Shown: positions 41,625 to 55,142 of the stretch, in pieces
Layout of the letters: the number at the start of each line of letters is the position of its first letter
Numbering within the stretch: the first letter of the stretch is position 1
Source of the DNA: Alphaproteobacteria bacterium
GTDB taxonomy: Bacteria > Pseudomonadota > Alphaproteobacteria > JAAXGF01
DNA length: 64,000 bases
Assembly (NCBI GenBank): GCA_963555825.3
Contig: CAUVXB020000001.1
Span: forward strand, 704,001-768,000
Direction of reading: 5' to 3'
Made by a program: the position numbers and the translations under genes
The notes under the pieces: generated by a model
The model's database searches: none
The model's input: only the letters and a program-made list of their open reading frames with translations
Told to the model about the DNA's origin: nothing

Positions 41625-42593
41625 CTACGCCGCCGCCGGCAAATGCTCGCGGTCGTGCGGTTCGGCAAAATCGATGTCGGGGCCGGTCGGCACGACGCCG
41701 GTCGGATTGACGTCGAGCTGGCTGCCGTAATAGTGCCGCTTGATGTGCTCGATATCGACCGTCTCGGCGACGCCCGGCACCTGATAGAGTTCGCGCGTGA
41801 AGCCCCACAGGTTGGGATAGTCGACCAGGCGCCGAAGGTTGCATTTGAAGTGACCATGATAGACCGGATCGAAGCGCAGCAGCGTTGTGAACAGGCGCCA
41901 GTCGGCCTCGGTCAGCCGGTCGCCGCACAGGTAGCGTTGGCGCGCGAGACGGGCCTCGAGCGCGTCGAGCGTCGCGAACAAGGCCGTGACCGCGATCTCG
42001 TATGGCGCCTGCTTGGTGGCGAAGCCCGCCTTGTAGACGCCGACGTTGACGTGCTCGAAGACATCCGCGTTGACCGCGTCGATGTCGTCTCGCAGGTCCG
42101 CCGGGTAGAAGTCGAGCGTCGAGTCGCCGAAGGCGTCGAACGCCGAATTGAACATGCGGATGATCTCGGGCGATTCGTTGTTGACGATGGCGCCCGTCGC
42201 CTTGTCCCAAAGCACCGGCACCGAGACCCGGCCGGTGTAGTCGGGCTTGGCCTTGAGGTAGACCTCGCGCAGGTACTGTGCACCGTTCACCGTGTCGGGA
42301 ATGCAGCCTGGCGCATCGCTGAAGAACCAGCCTTCGCTGCCTTTGAAATCGTCGACGACCGACAGCGTGATGACGTCTTCGAGCTTCTTGAGCCTGCGGA
42401 AGATCAGCGTGCGGTGCGCCCAGGGGCAGGCGAGCGAGACATAGAGGTGATAGCGTCCCGGTTCGGCCTTGAAACCGGATGCGCCGTCGACCGTGATCCA
42501 GTCGCGGAACACGGGCTCGAATGGCACGAAGGCGCCGGTTTCGTCGGCATAGGCCTGTTCGTCGCGCCATTCGCCGTTGACCAGTACGCCCAT
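41625..42593 (-). CDS. Glutathionyl-hydroquinone reductase (YqjG/GST-Xi)
   Basis: RYHLYVSLACPWAHR, VPVLWD, NNES, NVGVYKAGFA, HIKRHYY. Confidence 0.92.
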   Translation of the reverse strand: MGVLVNGEWRDEQAYADETGAFVPFEPVFRDWITVDGASGFKAEPGRYHLYVSLACPWAHRTLIFRRLKKLEDVITLSVVDDFKGSEGWFFSDAPGCIPDTVNGAQYLREVYLKAKPDYTGRVSVPVLWDKATGAIVNNESPEIIRMFNSAFDAFGDSTLDFYPADLRDDIDAVNADVFEHVNVGVYKAGFATKQAPYEIAVTALFATLDALEARLARQRYLCGDRLTEADWRLFTTLLRFDPVYHGHFKCNLRRLVDYPNLWGFTRELYQVPGVAETVDIEHIKRHYYGSQLDVNPTGVVPTGPDIDFAEPHDREHLPAAA

Positions 42594-42715
42594 TGCCGTC
42601 TCCCGACTCGTTGCCCGGCCTTGCCAGAGGCCGCCGTGCGATGTATGCCCAATCTGTCTACCACAATACAATCGCGCGCGCCTGCCGCGGCGCGCTTGAC
42701 AACCGGAGAAGTGGC

Positions 42716-43279
42716 ATGCTGGACGATGTCGTAAGCTTTGGCGCCATGGCCGATGGCACCCGCGAAGAGTATGAGTGGCTGCACACTATTTCGGACGCCA
42801 ATCCGGTGCCCGTCGCCGACAACGTGCTCGCGCTGCTCAAGGCGCTCGAGGGCCATAGCGACGGCTATCAAGTCGACCGGCTGGGGCATTCTTTGCAGGT
42901 CGCGACGCGCGCCTTCCGCGACGGCGCCGACGAGGAAATGCTCTGCGTCGCGCTGCTGCACGACATCGGCGATTTGCACGCGCCGGGCAACCATTCGGCC
43001 TTCGCGGCGGCGGTCCTTCGGCCCTACATCTCCGAGGAAAACCACTGGCTGGTGCTGCACCACGGCGTCTTCCAGGGCTACTACTACTTCCACCATTTCG
43101 ACATGGACCGCGACGCGCGCGAACGGTTCCGCGGCCATCCGACGTTCCAGAAGACCGCCGACTTCTGCGAGAACTGGGACCAACGCTCGTTCGACGGCTC
43201 GTACGACACCATGCCGCTCGAGGCCTTCGAGCCGATGGTCCACCGCCTGTTCGAGCACGTCACCAACATGGCGTACTGA
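42716..43279 (+). CDS. HD domain protein (PhnZ-like)
   Basis: HSLQ, LLHDIGD, NH, HHG, WD. Confidence 0.75.
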   Translation: MLDDVVSFGAMADGTREEYEWLHTISDANPVPVADNVLALLKALEGHSDGYQVDRLGHSLQVATRAFRDGADEEMLCVALLHDIGDLHAPGNHSAFAAAVLRPYISEENHWLVLHHGVFQGYYYFHHFDMDRDARERFRGHPTFQKTADFCENWDQRSFDGSYDTMPLEAFEPMVHRLFEHVTNMAY

Positions 43280-43285
43280 CGCCGA

Positions 43286-43786
43286 TCAGTCCTCGTCGGC
43301 CTCGTCGAGCGCCGCGTCCTCGACGCGGATGCGGTGCCATAGCATCGCCAGATTGAGCCCGCTGAAGACCAGCGCGATCCACCAGGCGCCGAAGATCAAT
43401 GGCACGACGGCGATCTCGGCGCAGACGATCAGATAATTCGGGTGCTTGACCCAGCGGTAGGGGCCGCGCGCGACGAGCGGCGCGCCGGGCAGCACGATGA
43501 TGCGCGTCGTCCATCGTTCGCCCAGCGCGGCAATGACCCAAACGCGGCCGGCTTGAAGGGCCAGGAAGACGGCGAGCAAGGGCAGGTTGGCGGGCGTCTC
43601 GGGCGCCACGGCCAGCATCATCGCGGCGAGCCAAGCGATATGCAGCGCGACGATCGCGGGGTAGTGCCCGGCGCCGGCCTCGACCGCGCCCCTGGCGCGC
43701 AGCCGCCGCGTGTTGCGCGTCGCCAGGGCGAGTTCGGCGAGTCTCTGCGCGGCGATGAAACCGACGATGGCGTAGAGCGCGCTCAC
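43286..43786 (-). CDS. Isoprenylcysteine carboxyl methyltransferase family protein (BpsB/SrsB-like)
   Basis: QRLAEL, LGERWTTRI, GPYRWVKHPNY, RIRVED; GTG overlaps PKS stop. Confidence 0.88.
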   Translation of the reverse strand: MSALYAIVGFIAAQRLAELALATRNTRRLRARGAVEAGAGHYPAIVALHIAWLAAMMLAVAPETPANLPLLAVFLALQAGRVWVIAALGERWTTRIIVLPGAPLVARGPYRWVKHPNYLIVCAEIAVVPLIFGAWWIALVFSGLNLAMLWHRIRVEDAALDEADED

Positions 43787-44829
43787 GCCCGTTCCAGCGT
43801 GAGAAAGGCGGCGCTGAAGCCCGGCCCGAGCGACGACAGCAGATAGCGTCCGGCGCCGCCCGCCGTCAGCGCGCGCTCGAGCACGAACAGAACCGTCGCC
43901 GCCGACATGTTGCCGTAGTCGCGTAGCACCGAACGGGTGTCCGTGAGACCGCCGTTCGGCAGGCCGAACACCGACTCGAGCGCGTCGATCACCTTGACGC
44001 CACCCGGGTGGCATACGAAACGGTCGATGTCGCCGAGCGCGAGGCCCTGGCGCGCCAGACAGCCCGTCGCGGCGCCACCCATCCGCTCGCGCACCAGCGC
44101 CGGGATGTCGCGCGAGAACTTCACACCCAAGCCGTCGTCGGCGACGTCCCAGCCCATCACGTCGAGCGTGCCGGGCCAACTGTACTCACCCCAGCCCGTC
44201 ACAGCCGGACCGTCGCCCGAACAGCTCACTATGCCGCCGGCCGCGCCGTCGCCGAACAAAGCGCTGGCGATGATGTTGCTCTTCGAGCGGTCGCCGCGCC
44301 GGAAGGTGAGGGCGCACAGCTCGACGACGAGGATCAGCACCCGGCTGCCAGGCGCCGAGCGAGCCAGCGCCGCGGCCCGCGCCAAGCCGAGCACGCCGCC
44401 CGCGCAGCCGAGACCGAAGATCGGCAGCCGCTCGACGTCGCGCCGGAAACCGATGCGCTCCATGAGCCGCGCATCGAGGCTCGGCGTGGCGATCCCGGTC
44501 GTCGAGACCGTGACGATCGAGTCGATATCGACCGGCGCGAGACCGGCGCGGGCGAGACATTCCTCGGCGACGCGTTCGAGCAGCGCGACGGCGTTGTCGA
44601 TGTACAGGCGATTGCGCTCGCCGAACCCATGGTCTTGCCGGTACCACTCGAACGGCACGCAGGAGTAACGCGTTTCGATCGCCGCGTTGCCGTAGACGCC
44701 GATCAGGCGGTCGAGATCGGCAAAGCCGCCGCCGAACAGCGATGCCGCCGAGGCCATGACCTCGCGTTGGTCGAGCCGATGGGGCGGGACGGCCGTCGCG
44801 AGCGAGAGGAGGCTGGGATGGGGCGGCAT
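43783..44829 (-). CDS. Type III polyketide synthase
   Basis: Cys-His-Asn triad in LGCAGG, CHPGG, YGNMS; LFGDG, GPGF. Confidence 0.93.
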   Translation of the reverse strand: MPPHPSLLSLATAVPPHRLDQREVMASAASLFGGGFADLDRLIGVYGNAAIETRYSCVPFEWYRQDHGFGERNRLYIDNAVALLERVAEECLARAGLAPVDIDSIVTVSTTGIATPSLDARLMERIGFRRDVERLPIFGLGCAGGVLGLARAAALARSAPGSRVLILVVELCALTFRRGDRSKSNIIASALFGDGAAGGIVSCSGDGPAVTGWGEYSWPGTLDVMGWDVADDGLGVKFSRDIPALVRERMGGAATGCLARQGLALGDIDRFVCHPGGVKVIDALESVFGLPNGGLTDTRSVLRDYGNMSAATVLFVLERALTAGGAGRYLLSSLGPGFSAAFLTLERA

Positions 44830-44993
44830 TCCTTGTAGATGGCCGCGCGGCGGCACCTCGTGACATGATTTCGACTAAATTAGACCATAGAACCAATAAC
44901 CGATTCGGCAAATCGAGAGCGCGAAAGGCGCCTGGCTTGTCTTGCAAGTGAGTCGGACCCGATTTCCTTGGACACAGAATTGGCTTAATCGAA

Positions 44994-45425
44994 GTGTCCA
45001 AGGAGGACCGGAACATGACCGACAATTTTGAGAACAAAGTTGCTGTTGATGGGCCTGTGGTAAACGAGGGCGAGCTTGGCTCGTCCACGTTTTCCCCGGG
45101 CCAGGTTTCGCCGGCAGGCCCGCTGGGACTTGGCCAGCGGTGGACGGTGACGCGCAAGCGTGAGGTTGCCCTGCGGCTTTTGCGTGGCGAGCCGGTGGAA
45201 CTTTTGTCGCGGCAGTTGGGCGTGGAGATTTTCCGGCTCGAGCAGTGGCGTGAGAAGGCGATCGCCGGGATCGATGCCTCGCTCAAGGAACGCAAGGGCG
45301 ATCCGGTGAAGGCGGAACTGGACATCGCCATGAAGCGGATCGGGGAGTTGATCATGCAGGTGGAACTGCTGGAGGCCAAGACGGAGACGTCCGGCCCTTT
45401 GGGGCGGCGGAGGTCGCGGCGATGA
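44994..45425 (+). CDS. IS3-like transposase OrfA
   Basis: Identical translation to 17733-18164. Confidence 0.85.
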   Translation: MSKEDRNMTDNFENKVAVDGPVVNEGELGSSTFSPGQVSPAGPLGLGQRWTVTRKREVALRLLRGEPVELLSRQLGVEIFRLEQWREKAIAGIDASLKERKGDPVKAELDIAMKRIGELIMQVELLEAKTETSGPLGRRRSRR

Positions 45426-46333
45426 GTGCCGCCACCTCTCCCGGCACGGGTTTGGCCTACGGCCTCCAGCGGGTCTGTGCGGCCTGGGGTTTTGCCCGTT
45501 CCTCGTTCTACGCCATGAAATCCCGGCAGCAGGCCACCGCTGAGCGCCCACCAGCAAAGCGCCGGGGACCGAAGCCCTCGATCTCGGACGAGGCTCTGCT
45601 GGTGGCCATCGAGGCCGACCTGGAGGCATCCCCCTGGGAGGGCGAGGGACACCGCAAGGTCTGGGCTCGGCTTCGGGTCTGTCGTGGCATCCGTGTTTCC
45701 CGCAAGCGGGGGCTCCGGGTGATGCGCGAGAACAACCTGCTCTCGCCCCATCGCTGCCGCCGCCGTGGCGGAAATCCCCATGTCGGTGAGATCATCACCC
45801 ATGCCCCCAACCTCATGTGGGGCACGGACGGCGTTCGGGTGTTCACGGTGGACGACGGCTGGGGCTGGATATTCACCGCCATCGAGCATTGGAACGCCGA
45901 GTGCGTCGGCTGGCATGTGTGCAAGCGAGGCGACCGCTTCGCCGCCCTTCAGCCGATCTCCATGGGGCTTGCGAGGCTGTATGCCTCGACCTCCGCCGGT
46001 GCGGCGCGGGGGCTGGCCTTGCGGATGGATCACGGCTCCCAGTATCTGTCGGACCACTTCACCAACCAGATCAAGTTCTGGGGCATCCAGCCGTCCTACG
46101 CCTTCGTCGAACAGCCCCAGACCAACGGCGTCGCCGAGAGGTTCAATCGCACGCTCAAGGAACAGATCATCCATGGCCGCATCTACCGCAACATCGCGGA
46201 GCTGCGGAACGCCGTCCGCGGGTTCGTCGAACAGTACAATGCCCAGTGGATCGTGGAGAAGAACGGCTACCTGAGCCCCGCTCAAGCTCGTCAGGCGTGG
46301 CACACCGCGATGTCACTCAGGCCCGCCGCATGA
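45422..46333 (+). CDS. IS3-like transposase OrfB
   Basis: Identical translation to 16825-17736. Confidence 0.92.
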   Translation: MSAATSPGTGLAYGLQRVCAAWGFARSSFYAMKSRQQATAERPPAKRRGPKPSISDEALLVAIEADLEASPWEGEGHRKVWARLRVCRGIRVSRKRGLRVMRENNLLSPHRCRRRGGNPHVGEIITHAPNLMWGTDGVRVFTVDDGWGWIFTAIEHWNAECVGWHVCKRGDRFAALQPISMGLARLYASTSAGAARGLALRMDHGSQYLSDHFTNQIKFWGIQPSYAFVEQPQTNGVAERFNRTLKEQIIHGRIYRNIAELRNAVRGFVEQYNAQWIVEKNGYLSPAQARQAWHTAMSLRPAA

Positions 46334-46459
46334 GACAAACTTGTGTCCAAGGAACCGGGTGCGATACAGCTTGTCTTGCAAGCGATCTCGCGAACACGCA
46401 TATTGGCTTAGCATGAGACAGCAGCGACCAAATCGGGAGGCGGGAGATTCGACGACGTT

Positions 46460-47227
46460 ATGAACGAAGACACAGGCAACAATCCGGGAGCCGCGAAACC
46501 GGGACCGAACCCGGGGATAGCGCCCAAGCTTTCGCTGGCTGCGAAACTCAGGAACTATTTCCTCGCCGGCATCATCGTGACGGCGCCGGTCGTCATCACG
46601 ATCTATGTCTCGTGGCAGTTCTTCGACTACGTCGACCAGAACTTCAAGGCGCTCATTCCGCCGCAGTACAATCCCGAGACATACCTGCCGTTCAGCCTGC
46701 CAGGTCTCGGCTTGCTCGTCATGTTCGTGCTCATCACGGCGATCGGCGCACTTGCCGCGGGCTTCATTGGCCGAACGCTGGTGCGCACCGGCGAGCGCAT
46801 CATGGCGCGCATGCCGATCGTGCGGAACATTTACAGCGCCCTCAAACAGATCTTCGAGACCGTCTTCGCCGACAAGTCGAAGGCGTTCCGCGAGGTCGTG
46901 CTGATCGAATACCCGAGGAAGGGGAGCTGGGCGCTCGGCTTCGCCACCGGCGCGACCACGGGTGAGGTGCAGCACGTCATCGATGACGAGGTGGTCAACG
47001 TCTTCCTGCCGACCACGCCGAACCCGACGTCGGGCTACCTCCTGTTCCTGCCGCGGCGCGACGTCACGTTCCTCACCATGAACATTGAGGACGGCATAAA
47101 AATGGTTATCTCGGGCGGCGTCGTGACGCCACCCGATAGCCGGCCGGAAGCAGAACAGCACACGCCCCGCATCCATTGCGATCCGGAGCCACCCGCCGCC
47201 TTGCCGGGCGACGGCACCCACGGCTGA
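46460..47227 (+). CDS. DUF502 membrane protein
   Basis: LRNYFLAG, PGLG, VLIEYPRKG, PTTPNPTSG. Confidence 0.9.
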   Translation: MNEDTGNNPGAAKPGPNPGIAPKLSLAAKLRNYFLAGIIVTAPVVITIYVSWQFFDYVDQNFKALIPPQYNPETYLPFSLPGLGLLVMFVLITAIGALAAGFIGRTLVRTGERIMARMPIVRNIYSALKQIFETVFADKSKAFREVVLIEYPRKGSWALGFATGATTGEVQHVIDDEVVNVFLPTTPNPTSGYLLFLPRRDVTFLTMNIEDGIKMVISGGVVTPPDSRPEAEQHTPRIHCDPEPPAALPGDGTHG

Positions 47228-47366
47228 GCAAATTCCAATCGTTTGAATTTGGTTGGATGCTACCAGCCTGCGCCAACCTTAATGGGACAAGAGGGCAGGC
47301 CGCCGACCGTTCGGCGAGATTTGATCCCATAAGATTGGCATGCGCGGCGATTGACCGCACAAAAAA

Positions 47367-49454
47367 CTACCCCGAGCGCAGGAACTTCACGGCGGCATCG
47401 CGTTCGAACAAATAAAGCAGCGTCCTGAGCGCCTCGCCGCGTTTGCCGGTGAGTTCGGGATCGCGCTCGAGCACTAGTTTGGCGTCATCACGCGCCGCGG
47501 CCAGCAGATCGCCATGGATCGTGAGGTCGGCCAGGCGGAAATTCGGCATGCCGCTCTGGCGCGTGCCCAACAACTCGCCGGCGCCGCGTAGCCGCAGGTC
47601 CTCTTCCGCGATACGGAAGCCGTCGTCGGTCTCGCGCATGATCTGGATGCGCGCCCGCGCCGTTTCGCCGAGCGGTTGGGCGTAGAGCAGCAGGCAGGTC
47701 GAGGACTGCACGCCGCGGCCGATGCGGCCGCGCAGTTGGTGCAGCTGGGCGAGGCCGAAGCGCTCGGCGTGCTCGATCACCATGACGGTGGCCTCGGACA
47801 CGTCGATGCCGACCTCGATGACCGTCGTTGCGACCAGGAGATCGACCGAACCGGTGGCGAAGGCGGCCATCGCGGCGTCCTTCTCGGCGCCCTTCATGCG
47901 GCCGTGGACCAGCCCGACACGCGCGCCGAAGATCGCCTTGAGCTCGGCCTCGCGGTCGACCACCGCGGCGAGATCGAGGGTCTCGGATTCCTCGACCATA
48001 GGGCAGACCCAGAAAATTTTAGCGCCTTCCTCCATCGCGCGGCGCACCGCGCCGACCACGTCGTCGAAGCGCGACAGCGGCAGGGCGCGTGTCTCAATCG
48101 GCAGACGGCCGGCGGGTTTCTCGGTAAGCCGTGATACCTCCATATCGCCATACGCGGTGAGCGTCAGCGTGCGCGGGATCGGCGTCGCCGTCATAACCAG
48201 CATATGCACGCCATCGCCCTTGGCGCCGAGCGTCAGCCGCTGATGCACGCCGAAACGGTGCTGCTCGTCGACCACCGCGACGCGCAGGTCGGCGAATTCG
48301 ACGCTTTCCTGGAACAGCGCGTGGGTGCCGACCAAGATGTCGATCACGCCCGCGGCGGCATCGGCAAGCAGCGCGTCGCGCGTCTTGCCCTTGTCGCGCC
48401 CGGTCAATACCGCGCAACGGATGCCGATCGCCTCGGCCAGCGGCCCGAGCACGGCGGCGTGCTGGCGCGCGAGGATCTCCGTCGGCGCCATCAAGGCGCC
48501 CTGGCCGCCGGCCTCGACCGCGACCAGCATGGCGTAGAGCGCGACCACGGTCTTGCCGCTGCCGACGTCGCCTTGCAACAGGCGCAGCATGCGCCCGGCG
48601 CCCGCCATGTCGGCGGTGATCTCGTCGATCGAGCGACGTTGCGATGACGTCAGCCGGTAGGGCAGGGCCTCGGTAAGCCGCTCGCGCAGCCGGCCGTCGC
48701 CGCTCAGCGCGCGGCCCGGCAGGCGCTTCTGATGGGCGCGCACCAGCGCGAGCGCAAGCTGGTTGGCCAGCAACTCGTCATAGGCGAGGCGGTTGCGCTG
48801 CGAATGGCCAGGGTCAAGCGCGGCCTCGTCGGCGGGCGCATGCGCGCCGTAAAGCGCGCTGTGCCAGTCGGTCCACTTCTGTTGCTTGAGGAACGCGGCG
48901 TCGAGCCATTCGCCGAGTTTGGGCGCACGCGCCAGCGCCCCGCGGATCGCCCTGGTGAGCGGCTTGTGGGTCAGGCCTTCGGTCAGCGGATAGACCGGCT
49001 CGACGGTCTTGACCCCGGCGATGTCGGAGAGCGGTGCGATATGGTCCGGATGCGGCATCTGAATATGGCCGCCGAATTGTTCGACACGCCCCGATATCAC
49101 CCGGGTTTCCCCCTCGGGCAGGATCTTGCGCAAATAATCCTCGCGCGCGTGGAAGAAGACCAACTCGATCGTGCCGGTCTCGTCCGAGCAGAACACCTTG
49201 TAAGGCTGGCGCTTGACGCGCGGCGGATGGTGCGCCCCGACCGTTACCGTAATCGTCGCGATGCGGTCGGCCGGCGCCTCGGCGATATTTGGCGCGAAAC
49301 GGCGGTCGATCAGGCCGGTCGGCAGGTGCCACAGCAGATCGACGACACGCGGCCCGGCGAGCTTGGCGATAAGCTTGCCGAGGCGTGGCCCGACGCCCGG
49401 AAGCGCCGTAATCTCGGCAAACAGGGGAAACAGCACATCGGGCCGCATGGGCAT
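47367..49454 (-). CDS. recG: ATP-dependent DNA helicase RecG
   Basis: QGDVGSGKT, DEQHRFG, MTATPIPR, QLRGRIGRG, DLRLRG. Confidence 0.97.
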   Translation of the reverse strand: MPMRPDVLFPLFAEITALPGVGPRLGKLIAKLAGPRVVDLLWHLPTGLIDRRFAPNIAEAPADRIATITVTVGAHHPPRVKRQPYKVFCSDETGTIELVFFHAREDYLRKILPEGETRVISGRVEQFGGHIQMPHPDHIAPLSDIAGVKTVEPVYPLTEGLTHKPLTRAIRGALARAPKLGEWLDAAFLKQQKWTDWHSALYGAHAPADEAALDPGHSQRNRLAYDELLANQLALALVRAHQKRLPGRALSGDGRLRERLTEALPYRLTSSQRRSIDEITADMAGAGRMLRLLQGDVGSGKTVVALYAMLVAVEAGGQGALMAPTEILARQHAAVLGPLAEAIGIRCAVLTGRDKGKTRDALLADAAAGVIDILVGTHALFQESVEFADLRVAVVDEQHRFGVHQRLTLGAKGDGVHMLVMTATPIPRTLTLTAYGDMEVSRLTEKPAGRLPIETRALPLSRFDDVVGAVRRAMEEGAKIFWVCPMVEESETLDLAAVVDREAELKAIFGARVGLVHGRMKGAEKDAAMAAFATGSVDLLVATTVIEVGIDVSEATVMVIEHAERFGLAQLHQLRGRIGRGVQSSTCLLLYAQPLGETARARIQIMRETDDGFRIAEEDLRLRGAGELLGTRQSGMPNFRLADLTIHGDLLAAARDDAKLVLERDPELTGKRGEALRTLLYLFERDAAVKFLRSG

Positions 49455-49517
49455 CCTCGGCGGGGGCTGACAGCCTATCGGTGACAGCTTATAAGCTATT
49501 CGCGATTGGAGACAGCC

Positions 49518-49784
49518 ATGGGCGAAACGATCGAAGTCCGGCGCAAGCGGCTGCGCTATCAAAGCTGCCACCGCGGCACCAAGGAGATCGACCTCATGCT
49601 GGGTCGCTTCGCCGACACGATGCTTGCCCAGCTGACGGCCGAGCAGCTCGATCGCTATGAGACATTGCTCGCCAACCCCGATCCCGATATCTACCAATGG
49701 ATCAGCGGCGGCGAGGTGGTGCCCGACGCGTTCGACAGCGACGTGATAAAGATGTTGAAGAACTTTAAGTATCAGGCATTGTAA
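49518..49784 (+). CDS. sdhE: Succinate dehydrogenase assembly factor SdhE
   Basis: RKRLRY..HRGTKEIDL (RGxxE motif). Confidence 0.92.
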   Translation: MGETIEVRRKRLRYQSCHRGTKEIDLMLGRFADTMLAQLTAEQLDRYETLLANPDPDIYQWISGGEVVPDAFDSDVIKMLKNFKYQAL

Positions 49785-49785
49785 G

Positions 49786-53286
<3,501 letters not shown>

Positions 53287-53375
53287 ATGCGGCTTGTCGA
53301 CTCGTGGTATGATCTCCCCAGTCGGTAGCTTTCTTCCAGTGATCTCGGCAACACCCAAGCGAGGGAGGAGTTAGC

Positions 53376-53705
53376 ATGGCGTTCTTTATGATCAGAGCCA
53401 GTTTCAGCGTTGCGTCTTGGAAAGCGCTGGTGGCCAACCCGCAGGATCGGAGCATCGCGGTTGGCGAGCTCTGCGAGCAGCACGGCTGCACGCTTCATCA
53501 CTATTTCTTCGCATTCGGCGAACACGATGTCGTCGCCATCGTGGAGGCGCCTGACGACAAGACCGCCATGGCGTTCGCCATGGGCGTGGCGTCGAGCGGC
53601 GCGGTCACGGCCGTGCAGACGACCGTGCTCGTGCCCGCCAGCGAAGCCGTGGATATAATGCGCAGTGCCGGCGAAATCGCCGGCACCTATAAGCCGCCCG
53701 GTTAG
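53376..53705 (+). CDS. GYD domain protein
   Basis: NPQDR, FAFGEHD; SD GGAGGAG. Confidence 0.8.
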   Translation: MAFFMIRASFSVASWKALVANPQDRSIAVGELCEQHGCTLHHYFFAFGEHDVVAIVEAPDDKTAMAFAMGVASSGAVTAVQTTVLVPASEAVDIMRSAGEIAGTYKPPG

Positions 53706-53725
53706 GGCTAAGGCCTGGGCGCCGC

Positions 53726-55114
53726 TCAGGGTGGCCAGACGGGGTCGTGCGAGCCAAGCGGCATTGAGGGCCGCGCCCAACCGGCGGGTGTTTCCGAAAG
53801 CCGCGCGGCATGCCTGACCGAGGTCAGGCGCCCGAAGCCCGAGTCGTGGTCCTCGACCAAGTCGGGGATGTCTTCGAGCGTAGTCTCGGCGCGGTCGAGA
53901 CCGCCCTCGACCCGCCCGAGGTCCTGGAACCAGCGCGCCGTCCGGGCCAGGGCGACGCGCACGTGCCAGCTTCCACCCTCGGTCACGCGGCGGGCGAGCG
54001 CCACCGTGGCGGCGAACGCCATGAGATAGCCGGACGCGTGGTCGAGTGCCTGGCAGGGCAGCGCCTTGGGGCGGTCGACACCGGCGGCGGTGGCCTCGGC
54101 GTGGTTGATGCCGCACGCCGTCTGGACCAGCGAGTCGAAGCCGCGCCGGTCCGACCACGGACCCGCGTGGCCGTACGCCGAAAGCGAGACGGTGACGATC
54201 CCGGGGCGAAGCGCGGCACAGGCCTCGGGTGAAAACCCCCAACCATCCATCGCGCCCGGCCGATAACCTTGCACGAACACGTCGGCCTCGGCGAGCAGAC
54301 CGCGCAGGGTTTGCCTGCCGTCTTCGGCGCGCAGATCGATATGCGTCGATAGTTTGCCGCGACCGGCGTCGATGACCAGCGGCGCCATGAAGGGCAGGTG
54401 GGGAGCCGTCACGCGCATGACGTCGGCACCGTGTGCCGCGAGCGTGCGACCGCAAACCGGGCCGGCGATGACACGCGTCAGGTCGAGCACGCGGACGCCG
54501 TCGAGTGGCCGCTCGCTGGGCGGCAAGGCGTCGGGTGGCGCGTCGCCGATCTTCTCGATCGTGAACAGCGGCAGCGCGGCGAGCGCCTGTCCCTGCGGGT
54601 GCGCGGCCCATTCCTCCGGCGCGCGCATCATGGTCGCGACGAGGCCGCGCCCGGCGGCCGCCGTCTCGAACGCCTCGCCCGTCCAGTCCCCCAGCGCGCG
54701 CTTAACGTCGTCTCGGTTGTATTCGCATTGCAAGAGGTCGAGGATGCCGGCGCGGTGATGCGGAAAGTTGGTGTGGATGCGCAGCCAGCGCCGGTCGCCC
54801 GCCCGGTAGACACCGGCGATGTCGTCCCACAGTTCGGGCGGCGGCCCGCCATCGACCCGCAGATAGCGTTCGCTGCGGAACTCGACCGCCGCGTGCCGCA
54901 TGTCGAGCGCGACGCCCTGGCGCCGGCCGCCGCGCAACCGCCACAACTCGGCAGCGGCCAGCGCCGACGCGGCGATCGTCGCCTGCGCGGCGGCGCCAAC
55001 GCGAAACGACGACGGCAGAACGGGATCGGCGCCGGTCAGCGTGACGTCGTCGAGCGCCGCCGGCGGGCATGCGGCCAATGACCAGATATCGGTAAGAACG
55101 TCGCTAACGCTCAA
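53726..55114 (-). CDS. CaiB/BaiF family CoA transferase
   Basis: RVLDLTRVIAGP, VFVQGYRPG, RRGFDSLVQ. Confidence 0.88.
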   Translation of the reverse strand: MSVSDVLTDIWSLAACPPAALDDVTLTGADPVLPSSFRVGAAAQATIAASALAAAELWRLRGGRRQGVALDMRHAAVEFRSERYLRVDGGPPPELWDDIAGVYRAGDRRWLRIHTNFPHHRAGILDLLQCEYNRDDVKRALGDWTGEAFETAAAGRGLVATMMRAPEEWAAHPQGQALAALPLFTIEKIGDAPPDALPPSERPLDGVRVLDLTRVIAGPVCGRTLAAHGADVMRVTAPHLPFMAPLVIDAGRGKLSTHIDLRAEDGRQTLRGLLAEADVFVQGYRPGAMDGWGFSPEACAALRPGIVTVSLSAYGHAGPWSDRRGFDSLVQTACGINHAEATAAGVDRPKALPCQALDHASGYLMAFAATVALARRVTEGGSWHVRVALARTARWFQDLGRVEGGLDRAETTLEDIPDLVEDHDSGFGRLTSVRHAARLSETPAGWARPSMPLGSHDPVWPP

Positions 55115-55132
55115 GGATTTGTCCGGGCGTTA

Positions 55133-55142
55133 TACCAAGGAT
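55133..55142. repeat. Solo MITE TIR remnant
   Basis: TTA-TACCAAGGAT, exact match to the MITE end with a TTA flank. Confidence 0.5.

Larger units (their letters stand above)
44949..46368 (+). mobile_element. IS3-like insertion sequence copy 2 (1420 bp), 14-bp TSD
   Basis: GCTTGTCTTGCAAG at 44935-44948 and 46369-46382; inverted match to 16790-18209. Confidence 0.92.
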
